DNA of 64,000 nt. Source: a virus. Made by a program: the position numbers and the translations under genes. The stretch is from IMG/VR virus record IMGVR_UViG_3300043419_000898, positions 1 through 64,000 of that record, one strand, 5' to 3'. A model generated the notes under the pieces. It searched no databases. It was not told the origin of the DNA and saw only the letters and a program-made list of their open reading frames with translations. The number at the start of each line of letters is the position of its first letter. The first letter of the stretch is position 1. Of the stretch, positions 57,201 through 64,000 are shown one piece after another.

Positions 57201-57529
57201 TGGAGCACGACTCATACAAGTGGATTATGGAGCAGTATCCAAAGACATCTGAAACGCTGGTCTTTGAGAGAGTCTGTGATGCACTACATGCACGTAAGTC
57301 ATATGACAGAACGCTAGACACAGACGAAGACATCGTCAAGGTTGCAATCAAAGTCAGCCCTATTTCAAAGCAAGTGCGGGTAGGCATTAAGTTCAAAAAC
57401 CCAGATGTCTGGATAAGTGACGCTGCCCCTACGGAGCCGTATAAGTATTCATACATGTATATGGGACTTCTGGAGAGCATTATTTGCTCTTATCAATTGT
57501 GCAAGAAGTTTGACGCTGAACAACTATGA
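57200..57529 (+). CDS. Hypothetical protein
   Basis: 109-aa coupled ORF. Confidence 0.6.
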   Translation: MEHDSYKWIMEQYPKTSETLVFERVCDALHARKSYDRTLDTDEDIVKVAIKVSPISKQVRVGIKFKNPDVWISDAAPTEPYKYSYMYMGLLESIICSYQLCKKFDAEQL

Positions 57530-57828
57530 AGATAACACTCAAACACCGTGTGTACACGCACGACGACGGCACTAAAACAGACGTCTATGACCCAGAGGTT
57601 GAGGGCAAAGATGTAGGAATGCTCGTCCATGGGTTTAAGTTGGACTATGAAGTCTGGCGTCCACTAGGCTCTGAACTGGAATTCGTCATAAGGAAACTAG
57701 TACGTGACGAAGAGAACCCACGACAGTATTTGACAGACGAAAATCTCAAGCCACTCAACGTTGATGTGCATATGCATGTCAAGTCAGTGACCATAGAGTT
57801 TGAAGAAATTTATCCACCAACTGGATAG
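57526..57828 (+). CDS. Hypothetical protein
   Basis: 100-aa coupled ORF. Confidence 0.6.
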   Translation: MKITLKHRVYTHDDGTKTDVYDPEVEGKDVGMLVHGFKLDYEVWRPLGSELEFVIRKLVRDEENPRQYLTDENLKPLNVDVHMHVKSVTIEFEEIYPPTG

Positions 57829-57931
57829 ATATTATCCACCAGTTTCCTGACTGACCGTTTGAAAATTAACTTGTACTAGATATCCTTTGGACATCTTTAG
57901 GGGGTATGAGTAATGTCGGTTAGGATTTTTT

Positions 57932-58003
57932 GGGCAGTTAGCTCAACGGTTGAGCAGCAAACTCATAATTTGTTGGTTAGGGGTTCGAATCCCTTACTGC
58001 CCA
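57932..58003 (+). tRNA. tRNA with CAT anticodon (Ile2 or elongator Met), CCA not encoded
   Basis: Acceptor GGGCAGT/ACTGCCC plus A73, D arm GCTC/GAGC, anticodon arm GCAAA-CTCATAA-TTTGT, T arm AGGGG-TTCGAAT-CCCTT. Confidence 0.92.
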
Positions 58004-58043
58004 TAGATGTTTGAAAGACATCTTCCATACGATACAATAGGAC

Positions 58044-58107
58044 TTCCATTACAAAACTCCTTACTCTAAACCCAGATGCATCTCCCGCATCTGGGTTCTT
58101 TTTTTTT
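58044..58107 (+). ncRNA. Candidate anti-RBS small RNA
   Basis: TTGAAA-16-TACAAT promoter, then CCATTACAAAACTCCTT, then terminator AACCCAGATGC/GCATCTGGGTT with a T-run. Confidence 0.45.
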
Positions 58108-58123
58108 GTGGTAGGATGAAATT

Positions 58124-58232
58124 GCCACCGAAAGGTGAGCATTTGAACGAAAGACCAGAGAAATCTGGGCTACGTCCGACAAACACATACTCTGCAAACA
58201 GAAAGACCAGTTCTCCAGACTGGTCTTTTTTG
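58124..58232 (+). ncRNA. Candidate structured small RNA with GAAA tetraloops
   Basis: Extended -10 TGgTAGGAT; hairpins CACC-GAAA-GGTG and CCAGA-GAAA-TCTGG; terminator AAAGACCAGT/ACTGGTCTTT with a T-run. Confidence 0.5.
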
Positions 58233-58243
58233 TTAGGTGACCT

Positions 58244-58480
58244 ATGACCGGTGAAGAAGTACTACCACTCTTACGTAAAGGCAAACTGATGAGGCGAAAA
58301 GCATGGAGTCCAAAGCTGCATGTCTTCATGAGGCAGATGGGTGATACCTACTACCTATTCGCTCAAGGGGCTGATGTCTTTGACCTTATGGACGACAAAA
58401 TCAAACTGTCCGACTTCTTCTATGACGACTGGGAAATATATGTTGATATAGTTGACAACAGTAAGCCATCAGATGTATAA
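58244..58480 (+). CDS. DUF2829/Tad2-like paralog
   Basis: MTGEEVLPLLRKGKLMRRKAW...SDFFYDDWEIY. Confidence 0.75.
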   Translation: MTGEEVLPLLRKGKLMRRKAWSPKLHVFMRQMGDTYYLFAQGADVFDLMDDKIKLSDFFYDDWEIYVDIVDNSKPSDV

Positions 58481-58488
58481 TTTACTCA

Positions 58489-58743
58489 ATGGGTAGATAC
58501 TCAAGAGTATCTTTAGGAGTAAGTATGCTGGATATGTCGTTTGACCCTATATGGGCATTGAAGCAAGGGTATACAGTTGTTACTGAGTATCCAAACAACA
58601 CGTCATTTCACTACAAAATCATCGACGGGAAGTTAAAGTCGAAATGCACTTTCTATGTAGATGACTTCTGGAAAGATGCTGGTTATTTCGTACTTGGTGT
58701 AGACGTTAAGTGCTCACTTATCCCACCGGAGCCACCAATTTGA
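58489..58743 (+). CDS. Hypothetical protein with weak DUF2829-like N-terminus
   Basis: TTGACA-18-TATAAT then 7 nt to ATG; IWALKQGYTVV, but no terminal DW. Confidence 0.55.
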   Translation: MGRYSRVSLGVSMLDMSFDPIWALKQGYTVVTEYPNNTSFHYKIIDGKLKSKCTFYVDDFWKDAGYFVLGVDVKCSLIPPEPPI

Positions 58744-58961
58744 CAGTAGATACAGCAATCAAAAGTATCCTTGAGGGACATCGAGTAATCAACGACTCAA
58801 GCATGAGTTTTACTGAGATTCACTACGACAAAGAGTCTAAGTACTTCATATACTCCATCCAAGGGGTTGAGTCCATGAGGGATAGGAAGTTAATGCTGGC
58901 GTTATCTGATTTAAAAAGTAAGGACTGGAAGATAGTTGACATTCGGACAAGCACTACATAG
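58740..58961 (+). CDS. DUF2829/Tad2-like paralog
   Basis: TTG start; TVDTAIKSILEGHRV...SDLKSKDWKIV. Confidence 0.65.
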   Translation: MTVDTAIKSILEGHRVINDSSMSFTEIHYDKESKYFIYSIQGVESMRDRKLMLALSDLKSKDWKIVDIRTSTT

Positions 58962-59151
58962 TTTGAAAAAAGGTTTCACTGTGACTCGTACATACGTTGA
59001 GTCCGACGCTGTTGTTGTTGTGTTTTGTAAATTCACAAACAACCAAAGACTGGTTAGAAAGAAAGTCACAAGTAGACATCAGTCCGACTGGAGGCTTTCT
59101 GGTTGGTCACTCAAGGATATGTCCGCAACTGACTGGATAGTCGCTGGATGA
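58936..59151 (+). CDS. DUF2829/Tad2-like paralog
   Basis: MTFGQALHSLKKGFTVTR...KDMSATDWIVA. Confidence 0.75.
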   Translation: MTFGQALHSLKKGFTVTRTYVESDAVVVVFCKFTNNQRLVRKKVTSRHQSDWRLSGWSLKDMSATDWIVAG

Positions 59152-59330
59152 CAGCCACAGAGGCTTATGACTGGGTTATATCTGGCGGCAAAGTTAGACA
59201 TGCTACTTGGTCTATGGACACATACGCTTTCCTACATCATGGAGTAGTCAGTTATACGGATGGAACGTATCTGACAACTTGTCCGCCGTTTGAATTCTTT
59301 TCAAATAACTGGCAGATATATACAAAGTAG
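59148..59330 (+). CDS. DUF2829/Tad2-like paralog
   Basis: MTATEAYDWVISGGKVRHATW...FFSNNWQIY. Confidence 0.65.
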   Translation: MTATEAYDWVISGGKVRHATWSMDTYAFLHHGVVSYTDGTYLTTCPPFEFFSNNWQIYTK

Positions 59331-59422
59331 GATACACTTATCATGAACGTAGATGCCTTATAGCATCTTTAGGAAAGTAAGGGAAGATAGATATCCAAGG
59401 ATATCTTTGAAGGGAAAACAAC

Positions 59423-59800
59423 ATGGACTTTGTAACGATTATCGGTTTGACGTTTGGGCATTGGTTTGCTGACTTTGTGTTGCAGACACGTAAGATTGCA
59501 GAAACCAAGTCAAAGAGTTTTCGGTCGCTGTTTACTCACGTAGCCTTGTATACAGCCGCACTTGCTTGTGTGATGGTGCCTATCCTTATCCGACAGTATG
59601 ACTGGAGGTTGATTGTGTCTTTCATCCTTCTCAATGGTTTCTGCCATCTGGTCACTGACTTTGGAACATCTAAGATGTCAGCCGCCGCATACAAGGACGA
59701 AGACAAGAGCCAGTTCTGGCAAATCATCGGCTTTGACCAGTCTATCCACTGGAGTCACTTACTGATTACTTACTTTGGCTTCTTCGTATGGGGTAACTAG
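59423..59800 (+). CDS. DUF3307-like membrane protein
   Basis: GHWFADFVLQ, LFTHVALY, HLVTD and GFDQSIH. Confidence 0.85.
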   Translation: MDFVTIIGLTFGHWFADFVLQTRKIAETKSKSFRSLFTHVALYTAALACVMVPILIRQYDWRLIVSFILLNGFCHLVTDFGTSKMSAAAYKDEDKSQFWQIIGFDQSIHWSHLLITYFGFFVWGN

Positions 59801-59801
59801 T

Positions 59802-60263
59802 ATGTGGGATAACAGTAAGCGAGTGAAACCATCCTATGAAGAGATATACCAACGAACAACAAAAGACGTTCTTGACTTAGTAGTCTCTCTTAGAGAGAAG
59901 CGTTACTCGTTTGACCGGATAGCCGGATACCTACATGAGAATGGTTATCAATCACCTCATGCTAAGTGGAATCCACATACGCTTAGTCGGCTGATGAAGA
60001 TTCACGGGTTAGAGGAAAAGCAACTTTACAAGGTGCCAGACTACCGGCATATCAATGAGATACTTGAACTAAAAGAGTCGGGTATGTCTTTTAGGGATAT
60101 TGTTTCCCATCTAAACAATACCGGCAAGCGTAGACCGAGTGGTTTACCGTTTTGTGTCCATAGGCTTAGGGTTTACATACGGCAGTATCACATACTGAAA
60201 GAAAGGTATGGGGCTGAGATGGACAAGTACACCGTAGCGAGAGAGGAAGAAGATGACATTTGA
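59802..60263 (+). CDS. DNA-binding protein with two recombinase-type HTH repeats, no catalytic domain
   Basis: LREKRYSFDRIAGYLHENGY..W and LKESGMSFRDIVSHLNNTG..RPSG. Confidence 0.65.
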   Translation: MWDNSKRVKPSYEEIYQRTTKDVLDLVVSLREKRYSFDRIAGYLHENGYQSPHAKWNPHTLSRLMKIHGLEEKQLYKVPDYRHINEILELKESGMSFRDIVSHLNNTGKRRPSGLPFCVHRLRVYIRQYHILKERYGAEMDKYTVAREEEDDI

Positions 60264-60504
60264 AGAAGCAGTCAAAGCCATGGATAACGGGGCTTTTGTT
60301 CGAAGGGCTGGTTGGTCTAAGAACATCAAGTTGTATGCCGCGTATCCAGCAGAAGAAGATGCTGAGCCGATAAACAATAAGCGGCATATCTTTGCACAGA
60401 TTGACTCATACGAGCCAGAGTATGCCATATTTCGGTTATCCGATATCTATGGCGATGACTGGTACGTAGTAAACGACGACAACACTACAGACGACGAGTT
60501 ATAG
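60253..60504 (+). CDS. DUF2829/Tad2-like paralog
   Basis: MTFEEAVKAMDNGAFVRRAGW...SDIYGDDWYVV, near-canonical. Confidence 0.8.
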   Translation: MTFEEAVKAMDNGAFVRRAGWSKNIKLYAAYPAEEDAEPINNKRHIFAQIDSYEPEYAIFRLSDIYGDDWYVVNDDNTTDDEL

Positions 60505-60512
60505 GAGACAAC

Positions 60513-60803
60513 ATGAAAAAGACGTGGGAAGAGAAGTTCGATGCGGCTTGTCAGTATAGTTACAATGACTTAATCATTGATGGTCAATGTACATATCCAG
60601 AGGCACTTATCAACGGATATAGAGCCATCATTGAAATGGTCACGACTGAGAAAGCTTGCAGTTTCTCGTACAACTGTGGCGGTTGGCATATCTTCTACAC
60701 AAGGAAAAAGAAGAAGTTTTCTCCTAAGGAAGAGTTCTTGCTGGAAGTTATCAAGAGTGCCAAACATGGTTACTCTAGTTACGACACGGAGGATTATAGA
60801 TGA
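60513..60803 (+). CDS. Hypothetical protein
   Basis: AGGAG RBS, 96 aa. Confidence 0.65.
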   Translation: MKKTWEEKFDAACQYSYNDLIIDGQCTYPEALINGYRAIIEMVTTEKACSFSYNCGGWHIFYTRKKKKFSPKEEFLLEVIKSAKHGYSSYDTEDYR

Positions 60804-61000
60804 CGTTTGGTCAGATTTACGGGTTAGTCAAAAAGGGACGCTGGTTTGGTCGTAGTAGCCAACCAAAGAGTCGGACATGCATGGTAGCGGATACATTCCT
60901 TATCCACGACTTGTCGGAAGATGGAAGCATCATCAAGTGGAATGTTCTTTCACTAACAACAGAAGACATGATGGCTGATGACTGGGAAGTCTACAGTTAA
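60800..61000 (+). CDS. DUF2829/Tad2-like paralog
   Basis: MTFGQIYGLVKKGRWFGR...EDMMADDWEVY. Confidence 0.75.
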   Translation: MTFGQIYGLVKKGRWFGRSSQPKSRTCMVADTFLIHDLSEDGSIIKWNVLSLTTEDMMADDWEVYS

Positions 61001-61241
61001 CGATAATCAGTTCAAGAGACACATAACGCTTCTCTGTAAACGGCTTGATAAGGGCTACACCATAGAGTGTGCTTACGTGAAGTCACGTACAGCCAACATG
61101 GCTGCTAACGGTCGTAACAGAGAGGCGTTACGCTTGCATATCAAGTACTGCGAGAAGCGTGGTCTTGACTGGGAGAAGTACTGGAAAGGTGACCCGTACT
61201 TTACCAAGAGCATTAGTATCCGTGACTATGGTAGTTTGTAA
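60978..61241 (+). CDS. Hypothetical protein
   Basis: 87-aa ORF. Confidence 0.55.
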   Translation: MTGKSTVNDNQFKRHITLLCKRLDKGYTIECAYVKSRTANMAANGRNREALRLHIKYCEKRGLDWEKYWKGDPYFTKSISIRDYGSL

Positions 61242-61320
61242 TGTTTACATTGTAATGAGTGTAGTCACCAGAACAGATGCTTGTCGCATCTTTGGGATTT
61301 ATGATAATGGGAGTTAGTGA

Positions 61321-61713
61321 ATGTTTGAAAGCGTGAGTGAACATCCGTCTAATTGGCAAGCAGTTGGGTCATACGAAGAAGTGGTAGCGGGTATCAAGAA
61401 TGTAGTCGGCGATGTGGAGAACATTGGCGTATTCGCTGAGATATATCCATGCATCTTTGAGATGGCTGATAAAGATGTCGTAGATGGCTGGTGTTCCATT
61501 GATAAGGTGGCGTTTGCCGCCGCTATAGGCTTCTATACGGCTACTGCTGTTCAGTCGCTATACAAGACGGTATCGCATCGGATGATATCGGCGATAACGG
61601 TAGCACCGGTCATCGACTTGATGCAAGCCGGACTATTACGAGTAGAGGCTGATGCCGTTTACCTACGGCATGTAGATGGCATTGAGTTGATACCGGAATC
61701 TCCTTATGAATGA
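61321..61713 (+). CDS. Hypothetical protein
   Basis: GGAG RBS, 130 aa. Confidence 0.6.
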   Translation: MFESVSEHPSNWQAVGSYEEVVAGIKNVVGDVENIGVFAEIYPCIFEMADKDVVDGWCSIDKVAFAAAIGFYTATAVQSLYKTVSHRMISAITVAPVIDLMQAGLLRVEADAVYLRHVDGIELIPESPYE

Positions 61714-62140
61714 TAGGGAAGATTATTCACAGTACACAAAAGGTCTGAAGTCTTACAAGACTCACGGACGGATACAGTTACCACCACACGATGACTCGTT
61801 ACTGCGTGACTACTGTGCGAAGAAGAGGCTTCTAAACGGCTGGACATACGCTTACGTCGGTAGGCAAGTATTGCAACGTAACGGTAAGCCATACTCACGG
61901 ATGAACATCTATAACTGGGTCACTGGTCGGATTAAGTTTGGACCAACGTACTCCTACAAGATGGCAGAAGCATTTCGTGTGCATCCTATATACGCCGCGT
62001 TTCTCATGAAGCGGTTTCCAGACTACGAGTTAATCGATGAGTATCCGGAAGAGGCGGAAGTAGTTCACTTCATGCTAGATGCTATGAGACGGTTTGGTTT
62101 CAAGGTAGATAAAGGGGATAAGAAGTATGAGATTATCTGA
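61706..62140 (+). CDS. HTH-like regulator
   Basis: KRLLNGWTYAYVG..YSRMNIYNWVTGR pattern. Confidence 0.5.
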   Translation: MNDREDYSQYTKGLKSYKTHGRIQLPPHDDSLLRDYCAKKRLLNGWTYAYVGRQVLQRNGKPYSRMNIYNWVTGRIKFGPTYSYKMAEAFRVHPIYAAFLMKRFPDYELIDEYPEEAEVVHFMLDAMRRFGFKVDKGDKKYEII

Positions 62141-62420
62141 TTTCATAAGGCGGCGACGCAAAGAACTAAACATGACGCAGAAGCAACTAGCCAAGGAAGT
62201 AGGACAGAATCCCGGCTGGATATGCATGTTAGAGTCTGGTCTAAGGATGCCGGGAGCAGTCACTATGCCCATACTTTCCGCTGCCTTAGAGGTGCCAGAG
62301 GCTATGCTATCGATTATGTCTGGTCATTCACCGGTTACCGACTTCAAGGACGACCTAACCATCGAGCAGCTTGAGGCAGCAGTGAAAGAGTTTGTTGCTA
62401 AAGTGGGTGCTGATATTTAG
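62127..62420 (+). CDS. XRE-family HTH transcriptional regulator
   Basis: IRRRRKELNMTQKQLAKEVG..ICMLESG.R.P. Confidence 0.9.
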   Translation: MRLSDFIRRRRKELNMTQKQLAKEVGQNPGWICMLESGLRMPGAVTMPILSAALEVPEAMLSIMSGHSPVTDFKDDLTIEQLEAAVKEFVAKVGADI

Positions 62421-62524
62421 CAGGACTGGACTGCCATCGTCATGTCGTTTGCTGGTAAAGCCACGACTCATCAGTCCTGTGGTGGTTCTGGTTGTTTGAT
62501 TAATCAACAAAGTATAGGCAAAAG

Positions 62525-62548
62525 AAAAGCCGGTATTTCTACCGGCTT
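62525..62548 (-). terminator. Terminator of cassette A
   Basis: AAGCCGGTA-gaaa-TACCGGCTTTT on the minus strand. Confidence 0.75.
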
Positions 62549-62573
62549 GATGCCTACGATGGAATGGTGCTGA

Positions 62574-62906
62574 CTAGTCAGCGTATATACGCTGACCTTT
62601 TAGCGTATACAAAACGCTATTTCCTAGCGTGATGTAGGCATTGAATTCATAGCACATATTAGAGCCTTGCACGTGCACAGAGTCGATGCCATGCATCAAG
62701 GCTTCGGATGCAAGAGCGAAACCGAATTCGGTTTCAGTTTGAAACCACTTGATTTCGTTACCGTCACGGCTTCCACCAAAGTACTTGATGGTATTGGCTT
62801 CGTTTACGATGGAAGTAGGATTATCTTTGTAATCCATTGTTTCAGCACGTACGATGCCATCGGCATATCCGGCTTTTGCGATAAGTGTAAGAAGAAGTGA
62901 TTTCAT
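62574..62906 (-). CDS. Hypothetical cargo protein of cassette A
   Basis: GAGGGA RBS, 110 aa. Confidence 0.65.
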   Translation of the reverse strand: MKSLLLTLIAKAGYADGIVRAETMDYKDNPTSIVNEANTIKYFGGSRDGNEIKWFQTETEFGFALASEALMHGIDSVHVQGSNMCYEFNAYITLGNSVLYTLKGQRIYAD

Positions 62907-62928
62907 TTTGGTAGGTTCCCTCTTGTGA

Positions 62929-63048
62929 TTACTTGACTAGATTGCCAAGTGTAACGATAACAGCGACGATGATAGAGAAGGACAAAAGTCCACCGATGAT
63001 AAGAGCAAGGTTGATTGCTTCGGCTTTTGTTGTTTGTGGAAGTTCCAT
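62929..63048 (-). CDS. 39-aa single-TM peptide of cassette A, not in the ORF track
   Basis: MELPQTTKAEAINLALIIGGLLSFSIIVAVIVTLGNLVK; TTGCAT-17-TAGTAT then 6 nt to ATG. Confidence 0.75.
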   Translation of the reverse strand: MELPQTTKAEAINLALIIGGLLSFSIIVAVIVTLGNLVK

Positions 63049-63452
63049 GCCTCAATACTACAGCAGATTGTATACGTATGCAAGACATTTTCCAGATATA
63101 TTTTCCTATCCTAAATGCCTTATTTGCATCAGTTTGCCTACCATGCATAGCATTTATGAAATGCCTCTGTAGGCTCAAATTTGGCGATTCTACGGACTTT
63201 GTATACGTTATGGCATAACTTATCGATTTGACGTCAAAACGGCTCTATTTAGGCAAATCTAAGAGTCCGCCCAATGCAGGCTTTGAAGTAGCGTTACTGA
63301 CAGTCACCATTCATGGTGACGTATAGTCACATCGGACTTTACAGGAGTTAGTTGCGTAGTCAACAATTGATAAATCAACTACTTGTGGCAACTACTCAAA
63401 TAACCTGCCGTAGCTGCTAGGTGTGACTATTAGTCACATGCCAGTGATAAAC

Positions 63453-63480
63453 AAAAGCCGGATGATTTCTCATCCGGCTT
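63453..63480 (-). terminator. Terminator of cassette B
   Basis: AAGCCGGATGA-gaaa-TCATCCGGCTTTT on the minus strand. Confidence 0.75.
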
Positions 63481-63498
63481 GATGCAACCGTGGTAGGT

Positions 63499-63738
63499 TT
63501 ACTCGGTTATGTAATCCGAGTAATTCCAAACCTTGACTTTGTAGGTTTGACCCTTGAAGTTTGTCAATTGCCAAACCTCATTGAGTCCCCAAACCTTGAT
63601 AAGTTTCGCACTTATCAATTCTGGATGCATGATATCCAAGCCGAATTCACGGCTGTAGAAAATCTCGATACGAGCCTTATTAAGGCTTGCCTCACGGGTG
63701 AGGCTTTCAGCGAGTGCGATTTCTTGTGTCTTAGTCAT
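63499..63738 (-). CDS. Hypothetical cargo protein of cassette B
   Basis: 79 aa; the same AGGGAACC..AAAATG leader as cassette A. Confidence 0.65.
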   Translation of the reverse strand: MTKTQEIALAESLTREASLNKARIEIFYSREFGLDIMHPELISAKLIKVWGLNEVWQLTNFKGQTYKVKVWNYSDYITE

Positions 63739-63761
63739 TTTTGGTTCCCTATACTTTCCGA

Positions 63762-63878
63762 TTACTTTACGAGATTTCCAAGCGTTATCAGAACGCCTAC
63801 GATGATTGCAAAGGATGTAAATCCGCCGACGATGAGTGCAAGGTTGATTACTTCAGCCTTAGTGGTTTGAGGTTGCAT
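63762..63878 (-). CDS. 38-aa single-TM peptide of cassette B, paralog of 62929-63048
   Basis: MQPQTTKAEVINLALIVGGFTSFAIIVGVLITLGNLVK; TTGACA-18-TAGTAT then 6 nt to ATG. Confidence 0.75.
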   Translation of the reverse strand: MQPQTTKAEVINLALIVGGFTSFAIIVGVLITLGNLVK

Positions 63879-64000
63879 GTAAAGATACTACAGCCAAGCG
63901 TTAGAGAATGTCAATAGGGTATTTGCATATTCAACAAAAATAGTTTTGCATATCCTAAAAATAGTTTGAAGGTATACAAATGCCATCATTTCCGCCTATA

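Noticed and set aside
57962-58048. Minus-strand 28-codon ORF with a perfect SD, antisense to the tRNA
   Set aside because: It runs through the tRNA, has no evident promoter and opposes the operon. Treated instead as an anti-RBS RNA candidate.
59802-60263. Integrase or serine recombinase
   Set aside because: Only recombinase-like DNA-binding repeats; no catalytic serine or tyrosine domain, and too short.
62933-63172. Plus-strand ORFs 62933-63172 and 63490-63870 sharing PPxxxARLI
   Set aside because: The similarity is the antisense shadow of the paralogous minus-strand TM peptides, which have the promoters and terminators.
1-64000. Stop-codon reassignment
   Set aside because: Core genes are intact in code 11, all three stops are used, and the tRNA is not a suppressor.

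Overview
This 64 kb window is most of the genome of a tailed dsDNA phage (siphovirus-type, HK97 capsid fold, standard genetic code). No integrase, DNA polymerase or reverse transcriptase is visible. All family assignments come from motifs recognised by eye; no searches were run. Layout: a C5 DNA methyltransferase (197-1777); a minus-strand morphogenesis region (39.6 kb down to 1.8 kb) running portal, MuF-like protein, prohead protease, capsid, head-tail joining, membrane/holin genes, tail tubes, frameshifted tail chaperone, tape measure, tail tip and CHAP endolysin, interrupted by a plus-strand Gam/dUTPase/ParB-DUF4417 block; divergently transcribed terminase genes (41.9-43.8 kb); DNA metabolism genes (ThyX, SNase, VRR-NUC, Rad52-like SSAP, SSB, MT-A70, YqaJ); and a small-gene accessory region with one tRNA(CAT). 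The most striking feature is about 16-17 divergent paralogs of a DUF2829/Tad2-like fold in 52.6-61.0 kb, a possible arsenal of immune-signal sponges. Also notable: seven tandem beta-helix appendage genes with small partner genes and a capture scar (17.3-31.5 kb); three paralogous tail-tube genes; a nested alternate-frame methyltransferase beta-subunit; a ParB-MTase that lost its catalytic core; three promoter-to-terminator small RNA candidates; and duplicated promoter/membrane-peptide/cargo/terminator cassettes at the right end.
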